Shown here: one piece after another, positions 28,909-39,507 of the stretch
Numbering within the stretch: position 1 is the stretch's first letter
How the letters are laid out: every line of letters begins with the position of its first letter
Assembly (NCBI GenBank): GCA_052279835.1
Contig: CP181291.1
Location: 5,760,001 to 5,824,000, forward strand
Length of the DNA stretch: 64,000 nt
Direction: 5' to 3'
Origin: Microcoleus sp.
Lineage (GTDB): Bacteria > Cyanobacteriota > Cyanobacteriia > Cyanobacteriales > Microcoleaceae
Made by a program: the position numbers and the translations under genes
Notes under the pieces: model-generated
The model's input: only the letters and a program-made list of their open reading frames with translations
What the model was told of the DNA's origin: nothing
Database searches by the model: none

Positions 28909-30720
28909 TTAGGTAGAAGTTGTTGGCACCTCGATGGTGAACTCAAAAATCTGACCTTGAGAACTGCCAAATTTTAGCTGAGTGCCCGATCGCAACAACA
29001 GTTCCTGGTGGTGAACCCTTTGCCATCCCTCATCCCCCAAGACTAGAGTGCCATAACGAGAGAAATCCCGCAGGAAGTAGCGAGGTTCTTCCCGGCCATC
29101 TTCGATATTGTTGCGGCAGAAAATTTCCGCGTGTTTTTGAGAAACCCACTGTTCTCGAATCACTACATCATTTTCTTCCCAACGTCCGACTCGCACCATT
29201 CCACCCCGAATTGGCCAAACCTGATTGGGGTTAGAACTTTGGGCTGTTTCCTCTTCTCGATCGCGCCCCCGCAAATAAGCACAGGAGGGCAAACGTCCCA
29301 GCCAAGTAGCAGAATTTACAGGTAATTCTGTTTTGATGTCATCTACCGGTTCAGTCAATTGACCATCGAACTCCGGGTGCATATACAGCACCGGCAGTGT
29401 CCAAGCCGGTTGATTGAACTTGTAAAGCGTTAGTAGCTGCTGTCTGGCGATCGCCACAGCCCGATCGATGGACATCCTTCCAGCCAAAGCTTGGGCGAAA
29501 GTTTGGATAAAACTCAGGGCTTCGCGATCGGCGATCGAATCCCGCATCCCCAACACCGCCGGCACCCCATGATGGATCAATACCTCTGCCAAACTGCTGC
29601 GGGCGATCGCCTGTTTGTGGCCACTGCTAGAATCAACCGTCTCCATGGCCGGCTGAGCTCCCCAGCAGGCATTGAATACTGCCAGCGTCACGCGGCACCG
29701 CACTAAAACCTGAGCCAGTTCAGTGCCGTTAATAATCGTGTCCGGCCCCAAAAACAACAAACCTCCATCGGGTCCCGGCATCCCGTGCCCGGCATAAAAC
29801 AAGATGTTATAGGCTTGTGTTTCCAAGCGAGAAATTAATTCTGTTGGGGTGGGTTCGATCAGAGTATCGACGTGAGTGGGAACGTTAACCTCGAAGTATT
29901 TACCAGTGTCGTCGGTTTTATTGGCATTTTCCAGAACCAGACGCAAGGCTAGTGCTTCTTTTTCCAAATGCAACTGACGATGATTAGTGCTAGAAAATTG
30001 ACTATTGACAACACTGCCAGGATCTGATTGTCCCAACACTAACAAAATATTGAGCGAATCGGCCAGACGCAGCGGCCCCAAAGGCTCAACATTGCTGGTA
30101 GTGCGACTAAACAGCAATTGCTGGGACAGAGAAATTGCCGGTTGACCGGCTTGAGGCTGCATAATTTCCCAAGGTAAAGCAATTAAATAGGGTTCCCGCA
30201 AGTCTAGTCGTACCCGCAGAGGTTGATTTTGTCCGATCGCGATACCTTTACTTTCTTGGAGACTACCTTGAATTGGTCCTTCAAACAGCCACTGCCAAAG
30301 ATTGATGCCAAAATGCTGCATCAAGCGACTGCTGTAGCTAGTCGGTTGTGGCGGTGGAGTTGGTTCCCCCCTCTCACCGCCACCCCTTTGAGGGACGTGG
30401 ACGGATACTCCTGAAAATGGAGGTAGCTGTAGGGAGTAAGGGCTTGGTTTTTCGGTTGTGTCGAGTATTTTTTGGCTATGTTCCACAGACATGAAACTAC
30501 CATCAGAATTTGAGGGCAATTGGTGAATTGTCCCGGAGGAGGAGAACATCTCTTGCCAAGCTTGCCACGCTTGGGATAGGGTGGGGGGCCACATACAATC
30601 GTGGTGAACGTAACCGCTGGGATAGGGGGCCTGTAGCACCCAGGTAGCAAAATGGTTTGCCCCAGCGGCTTTCAGGCGAGCGATCGCTATACTGAGGCAA
30701 GGACTTTCAGGGCGCGCCAT
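28909..30720 (-). CDS. CHAT (caspase-like, HetF-related) protease with C-terminal FHA domain
   Basis: LPWE, FYAGHG (His), FNACWG (Cys), WTLPVLY; FHA motifs GR..END, VS..HA, D.SRYGT. Confidence 0.88.
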   Translation of the reverse strand: MARPESPCLSIAIARLKAAGANHFATWVLQAPYPSGYVHHDCMWPPTLSQAWQAWQEMFSSSGTIHQLPSNSDGSFMSVEHSQKILDTTEKPSPYSLQLPPFSGVSVHVPQRGGGERGEPTPPPQPTSYSSRLMQHFGINLWQWLFEGPIQGSLQESKGIAIGQNQPLRVRLDLREPYLIALPWEIMQPQAGQPAISLSQQLLFSRTTSNVEPLGPLRLADSLNILLVLGQSDPGSVVNSQFSSTNHRQLHLEKEALALRLVLENANKTDDTGKYFEVNVPTHVDTLIEPTPTELISRLETQAYNILFYAGHGMPGPDGGLLFLGPDTIINGTELAQVLVRCRVTLAVFNACWGAQPAMETVDSSSGHKQAIARSSLAEVLIHHGVPAVLGMRDSIADREALSFIQTFAQALAGRMSIDRAVAIARQQLLTLYKFNQPAWTLPVLYMHPEFDGQLTEPVDDIKTELPVNSATWLGRLPSCAYLRGRDREEETAQSSNPNQVWPIRGGMVRVGRWEENDVVIREQWVSQKHAEIFCRNNIEDGREEPRYFLRDFSRYGTLVLGDEGWQRVHHQELLLRSGTQLKFGSSQGQIFEFTIEVPTTST

Positions 30721-30831
30721 TCACAACTACCGACTCTGGATATAGGGATCGATCGAGTTTATCTATCTAGTCTATCGGGTTTGGGGCTTGGTAGAGTAAT
30801 TAGGACTCATCTCAATTTTAAATTACCGAAA

Positions 30832-32163
30832 CTAACGCCGGAAAATTCGCAACCACACATCTATAATTATCGCTGTCACCAAGCTAGCCGCTAATGCTGA
30901 TAGAATACCAGATCCCAGAATCAACCTCAGTTCCGAACCAGGAGAAAAAATTGGCACCATATTTATGGCCAAATTGAGTTTGGGATATTGTGCTATTTCT
31001 GTTTTAAAATTAGCAGTTGCAGAAGCTACGGAAGCGACAGTGCCACCAGTTGATAGTCCGACTCCGACAATACCGACGATTGTTTGAAAAGTGCGATCGC
31101 TCTCAGCCTTCCGAATCTCAACCGTACCTCTAATGGTATCAGTCAAACTCCGCAAAATTTCCAAACAAGGACGAAAATTGTCAATATCTTTTTGGATTTG
31201 TTTGGGATAAGTTTGTTCAGCCTTGTTCCAAAAATCCTGCAAAAACTGTAAATCATCAGTAGGTCTAGCCAGAGTTTTCATTTCAGCCAGCTTAGCCTCA
31301 TACTTCTCCAGATTAACCTTAATTGTACTATATTGCAGCTCCAGGTAATTAAGGTCGATCGCAAAATCAGACAATTTCCCCATCGCCTCCATCAGCCTTT
31401 GGAGATTCAGACGAGAAGTATTTTTCATCTCCACAATTTGGTTGTAATTACTCACCAACCGTTCTTTTAAAAATAGACTTTTCTCATAAGCCCAAATAAT
31501 TTTATGGCGGTAACACAGCAAATCCAGCCAACCTACATAAAAATTGCTGCATTCCCGAAAAGCCACTTCATCGGGATACAAAATTACCAAAAGTTGCAAA
31601 TTATCCTCAATCTTGTCGCCCCAAAACTCAAATACTTTCCCACCCAAAAACTCACCACTACCTTGAGGAATACCATTTTTTGCAAACAAACATTTGTAAA
31701 CCTGTTTGGCAAGTTCTTCCTTTTCCGCATCATCCCCAGATTCCAGCCACCCCGAAAACATCCAAGTTTTGCCAATATTTTCCAACTTGGGCGGTTTGGG
31801 AATTAAATATTGCAAGCTTTCAATCAGTTTAATAACTTTGTCGGGTTCGTACTTATCCTCAACGTAGCCATTAAATAAAATTTGGTAATTATCCGTAAGA
31901 TTCCAGCGGCGGTAGCGGCCCTTGACTGGATGATTGTTGAGATTTCCTGTAAAAGGTAAATCGGCTACTGCTTCCTCCTGTAGCGCCCGAAATTTTTGTT
32001 TTTGTTCCGGGGTAAAAGAAACAGTCAGTTTTTTGTGAAGTTGTTCAGCTAAGCCATCTAAAAATTTGACGTAGATTTTGCGAGTTTCCGGTTCACCGAC
32101 ACCCAACCCTTGTTTAAGAGTGTAGCTAAATAAATTCAGGGTAGGGTCAACTAATTTGAGCAT
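30832..32163 (-). CDS. Hypothetical protein with a helical/coiled-coil region and two C-terminal TM segments
   Basis: ATG 32163 preferred because the upstream extension is repeat-derived; hydrophobic segments FQTIVGIVGVGL and ILGSGILSALAASLV. Confidence 0.75.
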   Translation of the reverse strand: MLKLVDPTLNLFSYTLKQGLGVGEPETRKIYVKFLDGLAEQLHKKLTVSFTPEQKQKFRALQEEAVADLPFTGNLNNHPVKGRYRRWNLTDNYQILFNGYVEDKYEPDKVIKLIESLQYLIPKPPKLENIGKTWMFSGWLESGDDAEKEELAKQVYKCLFAKNGIPQGSGEFLGGKVFEFWGDKIEDNLQLLVILYPDEVAFRECSNFYVGWLDLLCYRHKIIWAYEKSLFLKERLVSNYNQIVEMKNTSRLNLQRLMEAMGKLSDFAIDLNYLELQYSTIKVNLEKYEAKLAEMKTLARPTDDLQFLQDFWNKAEQTYPKQIQKDIDNFRPCLEILRSLTDTIRGTVEIRKAESDRTFQTIVGIVGVGLSTGGTVASVASATANFKTEIAQYPKLNLAINMVPIFSPGSELRLILGSGILSALAASLVTAIIIDVWLRIFRR

Positions 32164-32196
32164 AAAATCTTTTGTACTTATACAATCATGGAGGCA

Positions 32197-32447
32197 GAAA
32201 CCGGGTTTTTTCCCAAAACACCGCATCTAACATTTAACAAGAGTGGACAACCCGGTTTCTTAAATATAGTAGATGGAGGCAGTCCATGACTTAGAAACTA
32301 CACTTTTTTCCCAAAACATCGCCTTCAACATTTAAAAAGAGTCAAAAACCCGGTTTCTTGGTCATATCTGCCAGCCCCAAAAGCAGAAACCGGGTTGTCA
32401 TAAAAACATTGGATTGGATTCTTCAATCTTGGCAAAAACCCGGTTTC
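32197..32447. repeat. Three GAAACCGGGTT...AACCCGGTTTC palindromic elements
   Basis: Inverted arms repeated between the two genes; the middle copy has a degenerate left arm. Confidence 0.7.
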
Positions 32448-32455
32448 TTGGGTCA

Positions 32456-32884
32456 TCATGAAAACCTCAACCGATAAACCCGTTCCACCAAATCACTAGC
32501 CTTTCCGAACAACCGCTTCGCCACACTCTGCGGATTAGAATTAGTCAAAGGAGGCGCCAAAAAATTATTATAATCATCAGTCTGGCGCGGCGGAGTATTT
32601 TCATCCAACTCAGCCATAAACTTATTCTTTTCCTCCGACTCATCGAGTTCCTGCAACTCCTCATAAGCCTCATTAAAACACTCAGAAAAAGCCGCATCTT
32701 TTTGAGCAATATCAACAAGCAAAGCCACTTTTTGTAACTCACCATTCACCAAAGCCTCGCCAACTTCATTCACTTCAGCTATCAATTCAGGCGAAAGAGG
32801 TGCTTCAAATCTCGCGAGGGCGATTAAAAAAGCTTTCGGTGCAAACTGATCGAATCCCGATAAGGTAACTTGTTTAGAAGTCAT
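32456..32884 (-). CDS. Small acidic hypothetical protein
   Basis: 142 aa; starts 6 bp after the TPR-CHAT stop. Confidence 0.75.
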   Translation of the reverse strand: MTSKQVTLSGFDQFAPKAFLIALARFEAPLSPELIAEVNEVGEALVNGELQKVALLVDIAQKDAAFSECFNEAYEELQELDESEEKNKFMAELDENTPPRQTDDYNNFLAPPLTNSNPQSVAKRLFGKASDLVERVYRLRFS

Positions 32885-32890
32885 AATATT

Positions 32891-35800
32891 TTAGCCGTTG
32901 CCGGTGATAGTGAAAGCAGCCCAGTGGTAAGGATGCTCGTAGGGTTTCTCATCTATTTTAGCTAATTTTTTTTGCAGCCGTGAGGCTTCCCTTTCAAAGA
33001 AAAAGATGTTGTCAAACTCAGCCTCTCTCAACAAAGGCAACAACTCGCCCGCATACCACTCACCTAGCTTACCATTCGTGAGCTCTCGGAGCCAATCTTT
33101 GGCTTGTTGCAGCGCGATCGGTGGCTGCATTCCCTGCTTCCATAACTGGTAGAAATAAATCAATAACAAAGCACTAGAACGTTCGTCCACTCGCCACAAA
33201 GTGCTGATAATATAATTAGTCTCCGGCAAAAAGCCACTGGCTATGCCCACAAATTCATCGATTAACTCGCCTTTCTTGGTAATACCAGTTTCGCAAGCGC
33301 TGAGGCAGACTAGGTAATAATCGACTAATTTTAACTGTAAAATGTCGGTCAATGTCAATTCTTCGCCGGTGCCTAAAAATAAGGCGGAATTCTCGGACTT
33401 TTCGGTGTTGTGGTAGGCGTGGCCTGTATAATGAAAGATGCCACTATTGGTTTTTAGTGCTTGAATAATTGCGGTTTTGGTGGCTGCATTGAAGGTGCGA
33501 TTAGTTTGGTTGATTTGGCTGATGGCGGCGGCTTCAATTTGGGTGAATTTCAAGGTGCTTTTGCCTTGGGAGTGCTCTACCATCAGCATGGAATTGGGTG
33601 CAATTTCCGTGGGGTTTTGCTGTTGCTGCTGGATGGCAATTTGAGCGCTGGGTAGGCGGGTAATCGAACGGATTATGGGGGCAACCACGGGGGGATTGCC
33701 CCTACCAGCGTTTCGTAGGGGTAGTGCCCCCGTGCCTACCCCCTCCGTGCCTACCCCACCAGGGTTTCGTAGGGGTAGTGCCCCCGTGCCTACCCCCTCC
33801 ACTGGGGCAACCACGGGGGGATTGCCCCTACCAGCGTTTCGTAGGGGTAGTGCCCCCGTGCCTACCCTCCCCGTGCCTACCCCCTCCAAGGGCAGAAACA
33901 GGGAATCTAGCGGCAACAGGTGCAAGTCGCGGTGGGGAATTAAGATGAGGTGTTGGATATTGGTGAGGTGCGTGCAAATTTCGGGAATTTTCAGGATGTT
34001 AGCGAGTTGTGGCAATTGCGCTGTCATTGACTCGCGCCAGGGATGGGATTCTTTGCTTTGCTGTTTGTTGGTAGTTTGGCAGTAGTTTTGATAGTTGGTT
34101 TTCCAGTTTTCTAGCCATGTTTCTAAACTCTGACTGTCGCGCTTTGCGAATATATCGATGACTGGTGTGGCGATAACTTCAAACTTGTCTGGGGTAATGA
34201 TAAAAGCAGTCAGGGAAACTGGGCTGAGATGCCAGTAAATAATCGCGGTTGCGGTGTTGTTTGCCAGCAAGTCTCGGATTTCGGGATAAGTCGGGCTGGC
34301 GGTGCGGTTGGGGGAAGTTGCGCGCATCCATTGCAGACACAAGTTTTTCCGCGATTCCGCTTTTTCCAGGGCATTTACTTTGTCGCCAGCCTCGACAAGG
34401 ATATCAACTTCTAATTGGTAAAGTCCGACAAATTTGCGCTGGAGTCGCTGTTTGATTTCGGGAACAGCTTCATTGCCTAAAAGTAAGGTTTCTAAGACGG
34501 TGGTAGCTTCGGTAATGTACTGGCTGGTTTTGGCATCTCCCAAGCTGCGGCAGACGGTAATTAAGCCTTGCATTACTTCTAAATAAGTTTCTGGAATCAG
34601 GGGTGATTTCAAGAATTCGCGGGCTTGTTCGTAGCTGGCTTTGGCTTTGTGGAAAGATTCAAAATATGTGAATGTTTCTTTGCCATGTATGTAGTGTGCC
34701 TCGCCTTTTTCGTAGTGTAATGTGCCGCAAGCTTCGCGATAGTCGTGGTTGCTGCGTTGATATTTCTGTAAGCCTTCATCCCAGTTTTGAATAGCTTCAA
34801 TGTAGCGGCCTGAGTTGAAAAATGCCTGACCTCGATTGTCCCAAGCCCTCCAGTATTGATCGCGTGTAATTTCTAAGACTTTCTCGAAAGCTGCGATCGC
34901 CTCTCTGTAGCGACCCAAACCTCCTAGGGTATTGCCCAACCCGTTCCAGGCATAGTGGAATTTGGAGTCAATTTCTAAGGCTTGCTCGTAGGCTGCGATC
35001 GCCTCATTGTAGCGACCCAAAATATTTAGAATATTGCCCAGCCCGTTCCAGGTATTGTGGTATCTGGGGTCAATTTCTAAGGCTTTCTCGTAGGCTGCTT
35101 TTGCCTCACTGTTGCGGCCCAAATCATTTAGGGTAGCGCCCAGCCCGTTCCAGGAAATAGGGTCTTTGGGGTCAATTTCTAAGGCTTTCTCGTAGGCTGC
35201 GATCGCCTCAGTGTAGCGGCCCAAATCTCCTAGGGCATTGCCCAGCCCGTTCCAAGCATAGTGGTATTTGGGGTCAATTTCTAAGACTTTCTCGAAAGCT
35301 GCGATCGCCTCTCTGTAGCGGCCCAAACCTCCTAGGGTACCGCCCAACCCGTTCCAGGCATAGTGGTATTTGGGGTCAATTTCTAAGGCTTTCTCGTAGG
35401 CTGCGATCGCCCCTCCTAAATCTCCTGAATGATAGCGATCGATTCCTTCGTTATATAATTCTTGTGCCTCTTGACTGACTTCTCTTTCTATAGATTTTGC
35501 TTGCGAAGTTGAATCAGATTGGTTAGTAGCAGATGAATTATCCGTAGAAGAAACACTCAAACTCTCCCTTGCCAACAATCTCAAAATATCTTCAATTACA
35601 GCCGATAAATCACCCACTGAATTATCCGTAGAAGAAACACTTCCACTCTCCCTTGCCAACAATGGAGGAACAGTATCTTCGCTTATCTGCGAACTCTCCT
35701 CCACAGGCTTCCGATTCAAACTCTCCCCAGCCAACAATTCCCTACCAATCTTCCCAGCAACCTCACTAATTCTCCCGCAATTCATCTCACCCAGCCGCAC

Positions 35801-36094
35801 CATCCGCCCACCCAATTCTAAATGAGTTTCCGGCGATACCAGCAACCTTTCTCCAAATTCTTGCAGCCAGTTTACCCACTCAGCATCATTGATTTTGCTA
35901 CCGATTAAAAAGCCTTTAATTCCGCCCCGACTCCAGCCTTCTTCAACACCCTCTAACAGTGCCATGAATTTCTGTTCGTATTCCCCAAAAGAGCGAATCG
36001 GAGTTGGCTTGGGCGGTGGCGGTGCTGGTTTGCGGAATCGTCGCTGAATTTGCCGCCACAGGTTGAGGATGCGTTGCCAAATTTGTCGGAACAT
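32891..36094 (-). CDS. TPR-repeat CHAT (caspase-like) protease
   Basis: 34-aa TPRs (AWNGLG..L..LGRY.EAIAA.EKALEIDP); LILIPH..LHLLP, HYTGH, LSACETG, TLW.VD, PYHWAAF. Confidence 0.92.
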   Translation of the reverse strand: MFRQIWQRILNLWRQIQRRFRKPAPPPPKPTPIRSFGEYEQKFMALLEGVEEGWSRGGIKGFLIGSKINDAEWVNWLQEFGERLLVSPETHLELGGRMVRLGEMNCGRISEVAGKIGRELLAGESLNRKPVEESSQISEDTVPPLLARESGSVSSTDNSVGDLSAVIEDILRLLARESLSVSSTDNSSATNQSDSTSQAKSIEREVSQEAQELYNEGIDRYHSGDLGGAIAAYEKALEIDPKYHYAWNGLGGTLGGLGRYREAIAAFEKVLEIDPKYHYAWNGLGNALGDLGRYTEAIAAYEKALEIDPKDPISWNGLGATLNDLGRNSEAKAAYEKALEIDPRYHNTWNGLGNILNILGRYNEAIAAYEQALEIDSKFHYAWNGLGNTLGGLGRYREAIAAFEKVLEITRDQYWRAWDNRGQAFFNSGRYIEAIQNWDEGLQKYQRSNHDYREACGTLHYEKGEAHYIHGKETFTYFESFHKAKASYEQAREFLKSPLIPETYLEVMQGLITVCRSLGDAKTSQYITEATTVLETLLLGNEAVPEIKQRLQRKFVGLYQLEVDILVEAGDKVNALEKAESRKNLCLQWMRATSPNRTASPTYPEIRDLLANNTATAIIYWHLSPVSLTAFIITPDKFEVIATPVIDIFAKRDSQSLETWLENWKTNYQNYCQTTNKQQSKESHPWRESMTAQLPQLANILKIPEICTHLTNIQHLILIPHRDLHLLPLDSLFLPLEGVGTGRVGTGALPLRNAGRGNPPVVAPVEGVGTGALPLRNPGGVGTEGVGTGALPLRNAGRGNPPVVAPIIRSITRLPSAQIAIQQQQQNPTEIAPNSMLMVEHSQGKSTLKFTQIEAAAISQINQTNRTFNAATKTAIIQALKTNSGIFHYTGHAYHNTEKSENSALFLGTGEELTLTDILQLKLVDYYLVCLSACETGITKKGELIDEFVGIASGFLPETNYIISTLWRVDERSSALLLIYFYQLWKQGMQPPIALQQAKDWLRELTNGKLGEWYAGELLPLLREAEFDNIFFFEREASRLQKKLAKIDEKPYEHPYHWAAFTITGNG

Positions 36095-36124
36095 TGGTTT
36101 TATAGTTGACAGTTGACTGTTGAC

Positions 36125-37261
36125 TTACTTACCACTCAAAAATTTATCAAAATTCGGTATATCAACCCAAGTTCCCGTCGCATGAGACTCCTGAGTCAAA
36201 TCCATCAACAACTGCGAGTAAACCCCTTCCCTCAGAGACGGTATCAAAGATTCACCCCCATCAATTGCTTCTACCCACTTATCTACTACTCTAATAAACG
36301 GTGCAATTCTCCCGTCTGGATAAACTTGAGGAAACTCCAATCTTTGAGGAATTTTGATTTCAGCTAAAGGTTCTGGGCCTTGGGAACCCCACAGGCGAAA
36401 TCCGTGGACATAATCTTGCTGGTTGTCGCTTCCTAAAACTAAAGTCCCCTTACTTCCGTAAATCTCCACCCAGTGTCCCCGCCCTTGATAGGTAACAGAA
36501 CTCAAGCAAACTTGACAAGGGGTGCCGTCTGCTAATTCCAGCATCAAAGTGCAAGAATCATCTGCATCTACTGGTTTTAATTTTCCTGATTCATCAGGAT
36601 CTGGGCGCGCCGAAATTCCTGTGATTAATTGTCCAGAAAGCCTCTTCACTGGACCGAACAGCCAGTTAATATAATCAAAGACATGGGAACCTGTAGCGCC
36701 CAAAACACCGCCCCCTTTATCTTTTTGCGAGTACCAATTCCAAGGGCGATTAGCGTCAGCACGGCTCGATACCAGCCAGTCTATTTTAATTAAACGTTTT
36801 TCTCCCACATATCCTGTTGCTAATAATTCGGCTAGCATTTGCCAAGAGGGGATGAAGCGAAACTCAAAATCCATGGTTGCGATGGTTTTAGCACTTTTGG
36901 ATTCTGGGTTTGTTTGAGATTTATTGGTCAATTTGTAGAGTTCTCTAGCTTCATTTGCTGTGAGGGCGGTGGGTTTTTCTAGCAATAAGTGTTTCCCGGC
37001 TGCCAAGACTTGTTTTGCCATTTCAAAATGCAGAAATGGCGGGGTGGAAATGCTGACTGCTGCTACTTCTGGGATGGCAATTATGTCTTCTATGGAGTTG
37101 CAAGCATAGGGGATATTCTGGCTAGAGGCGATCGCCTGAGCTTTGTCTAAGTTCCGGTGGTAAACAGCCACGACTTCTGTGCGGTGATGGGCTTGGAATC
37201 CGGGAATGTGAATTTTTTGACCGAAACCTGTACCGACTACTGCAACGCCAATTTTAGACAT
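36125..37261 (-). CDS. Gfo/Idh/MocA-family oxidoreductase
   Basis: VVGTGFG, TPP.LH, GKH.L.EKP, GGG.LG..GSH..D. Confidence 0.92.
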   Translation of the reverse strand: MSKIGVAVVGTGFGQKIHIPGFQAHHRTEVVAVYHRNLDKAQAIASSQNIPYACNSIEDIIAIPEVAAVSISTPPFLHFEMAKQVLAAGKHLLLEKPTALTANEARELYKLTNKSQTNPESKSAKTIATMDFEFRFIPSWQMLAELLATGYVGEKRLIKIDWLVSSRADANRPWNWYSQKDKGGGVLGATGSHVFDYINWLFGPVKRLSGQLITGISARPDPDESGKLKPVDADDSCTLMLELADGTPCQVCLSSVTYQGRGHWVEIYGSKGTLVLGSDNQQDYVHGFRLWGSQGPEPLAEIKIPQRLEFPQVYPDGRIAPFIRVVDKWVEAIDGGESLIPSLREGVYSQLLMDLTQESHATGTWVDIPNFDKFLSGK

Positions 37262-37271
37262 AATTTAATAG

Positions 37272-37460
37272 TTGGGAATTGGGAATGGGGAATTGGGCAT
37301 CGGGCATCGGGCATCGGGAATTGGGAATTGGGCATCGGGCATCGGGCATCGGGAATTGGGAATTGGGAATTGGGAATTAGTAGTAAATAACCAGTAACCA
37401 ATAACTAATAACTAATGACTAAGGACTAATGACTAATAACTAATGACTAATGACTAATGA
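37272..37460. repeat. Heptamer short tandem repeats (GGGAATT / GGGCATC, then ATGACTA / ATAACTA)
   Basis: Visible tandem 7-mers typical of filamentous cyanobacteria. Confidence 0.9.
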
Positions 37461-38413
37461 CTAACTACCCATTCTATTACTTCTTTACCCAAACTCACCC
37501 CATTAAACAAGTCGATTTCTCTGATCCCTGTAGGACTCGTGACATTAACTTCAGTGAGATAACCGCCAATAATATCAATGCCAACAAAGTACAATCCGTC
37601 CCGTTGTAGCACTGGTGCTAACTGACTACAAATTTGCAGTTCGCGATCGCTAATTTCGGTTTTTGCGACTCGGCCACCCACGGCCATGTTGCCACGAAAT
37701 TCATTGCCGGTGGGAATGCGGTTGATAGCACCGATCGGCTTGCCGTTCAATAATATAATCCGTTTGTCTCCTTCTTTTGCTTCCGGCAGATAAGTCTGAA
37801 CCATTACTGGAACAGTACCTTGGTGAGTGCTAATTTCCACCAGAGAGTTGAGGTTGCGATCGCCCTTTTCCAAAAATAAAATTCCTTCCCCAGCTTTTCC
37901 ACCCAAAGGTTTGAGCACTGCTGCTCCTTTTTTCTCCACAAATTGCCGAATTACCTGCTTACTTTGAGAGACAATTGTTTCTGGGATCGCTCCCTCAAAT
38001 TGCAAAGCGTACATTTTTTCATTCGCATCCCGCAATCCTTTTGGACTGTTCACCACCAAAGTTTTAGCAGGATCGATGTAGTCAAGCAGGTAAGTAGCGT
38101 AGAGGTAAGGCACATTCACTGGGGGATCGGTACGCATAAATACTGCGTCCATTGCTTCTAGAGGCTGCAAAGTTGGTGCTTCTACCTCGTACCAAACCTC
38201 AGCCGCCACCCAACGTCCATCTACCAATTTGACTGGGGTTAGTGTCACCGGACTCAGCATTCCCCAGGTTTTACCACCGATGACGCTTAACTCGTTGGCT
38301 TGAGTCACCCAGACTTCGTGACCCAAAGTTTGGGCTGCTTCCATCAGTGCTACGCTGCTATCATGGCCTGGAATTAGCCTGTCGAGGGGATCGATGATGA
38401 ATGCAAATTTCAT
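37454..38413 (-). CDS. gshB: Glutathione synthetase
   Basis: MKFAFIIDP, MRTDPP, ANEK, KPL.G..G.G, RGNMAVGG, EVNVTSPTG. Confidence 0.97.
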   Translation of the reverse strand: MKFAFIIDPLDRLIPGHDSSVALMEAAQTLGHEVWVTQANELSVIGGKTWGMLSPVTLTPVKLVDGRWVAAEVWYEVEAPTLQPLEAMDAVFMRTDPPVNVPYLYATYLLDYIDPAKTLVVNSPKGLRDANEKMYALQFEGAIPETIVSQSKQVIRQFVEKKGAAVLKPLGGKAGEGILFLEKGDRNLNSLVEISTHQGTVPVMVQTYLPEAKEGDKRIILLNGKPIGAINRIPTGNEFRGNMAVGGRVAKTEISDRELQICSQLAPVLQRDGLYFVGIDIIGGYLTEVNVTSPTGIREIDLFNGVSLGKEVIEWVVSH

Positions 38414-38467
38414 GGTCAGTTGGCACTTATGAATTGGTTTGAGTCAAATTCCGCATGAAAATAATTT

Positions 38468-38728
38468 TTATTTTCCTAGCATGGTGTCTAGCTGGCCCAT
38501 ATCTTCTAGTTCGTGGATATCGTCGCAGCCACCTATGTGTTCGTCGTTGATGAATATCTGGGGTAAAGAGCGGCGTCCGTTAGCTCGATCGCTCATTTTA
38601 GCTCGTGCTGCTTCATCTCCGTCGATCGCGTACTCTGTAAACTCCACCCCTTTGCGCTTCAGCAGTGCTTTGGCACGAATGCAAAACGGGCAGGTTCTCC
38701 AAGTGTAAATTTCTACGTTAGGGGACAT
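38468..38728 (-). CDS. grxC: Glutaredoxin 3
   Basis: CPFC, PQIFI...HIGGCDD. Confidence 0.95.
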   Translation of the reverse strand: MSPNVEIYTWRTCPFCIRAKALLKRKGVEFTEYAIDGDEAARAKMSDRANGRRSLPQIFINDEHIGGCDDIHELEDMGQLDTMLGK

Positions 38729-38922
38729 CGGATTTTTCCACCATCACTATATTCTTGAAGTCTAATTTTAACAAATCTTATTTAAATTTTTATATAATAT
38801 TTTCTGCGCTACTGTCGTAATGTGATTTTTTATACTTTTTTTGCGATCCCCCTAAAAACAAAAAATCACCCGTGCTTCAAGGAACGGAGACATTTTTTAG
38901 ACAAGCAGCGCCTTGCACCAGC

Positions 38923-39507
38923 CTAGCGCTGCTGACCAACTTGTTTATTTCGTTTTTTGAGCGAAGTCACGACTCCTGCACCAGTCAGAAGCAGTGCAAT
39001 TACACTACCGGGTTCTGGAATAGAAGTTGAGCTTCTCACCGGTGTGGCTGTGTATATGTTAAAAGTCGAGACCGGACTCTGTATCGGTTCTGGTGCTGAC
39101 ACTGACGGGACTATCGCTGCTGGTGATGGTGATGCTAATGGTGTTGGCTCTGTCAATAGTGGTATCGGGTCTGGTGTAACTACTGCTGCTGGTGATGGGC
39201 TTGGGCTTGGGCTTGGGCTTAGGCTTGGGCTTGGGCTTGGGCTTGGTGAGGCAACGATTGGGTCTGGTGTCGGTGCTGGTGAGGCAACGATTGGGTCTGG
39301 TGTAGTTACTGGTGAGGCAACGATTGGGTCTGGTGCTGGTGAGGCTGTTGTTGCTGTGTCTGGTGCGGGGGTGACGCAGGCACTAGAAAAATTTCCCGGT
39401 CCGCACACGTCTACTGCGGTCGCGGGAGGGGCCACAGCTAGGTAGTAGAACCCTGTCGCGACTGTGGCAGAGATTCCAATTCTTAGTTTTGCCAGGAGCG
39501 TACACAT
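38923..39507 (-). CDS. Pro/Ser-rich PEP-CTERM surface protein
   Basis: Signal peptide, PDPIVASP x3, (SP)n, IPEP + TM + KKR. Confidence 0.85.
   Translation of the reverse strand: MCTLLAKLRIGISATVATGFYYLAVAPPATAVDVCGPGNFSSACVTPAPDTATTASPAPDPIVASPVTTPDPIVASPAPTPDPIVASPSPSPSPSLSPSPSPSPSPAAVVTPDPIPLLTEPTPLASPSPAAIVPSVSAPEPIQSPVSTFNIYTATPVRSSTSIPEPGSVIALLLTGAGVVTSLKKRNKQVGQQR

Noticed and set aside
33675..34085. Plus-strand ORFs antisense to TPR-CHAT
   Set aside because: Shadows of the GC-rich repeat insertion.
38957..39445. 162-aa Gly-rich plus-strand ORF
   Set aside because: Antisense shadow of the Pro/Ser-rich PEP-CTERM gene.
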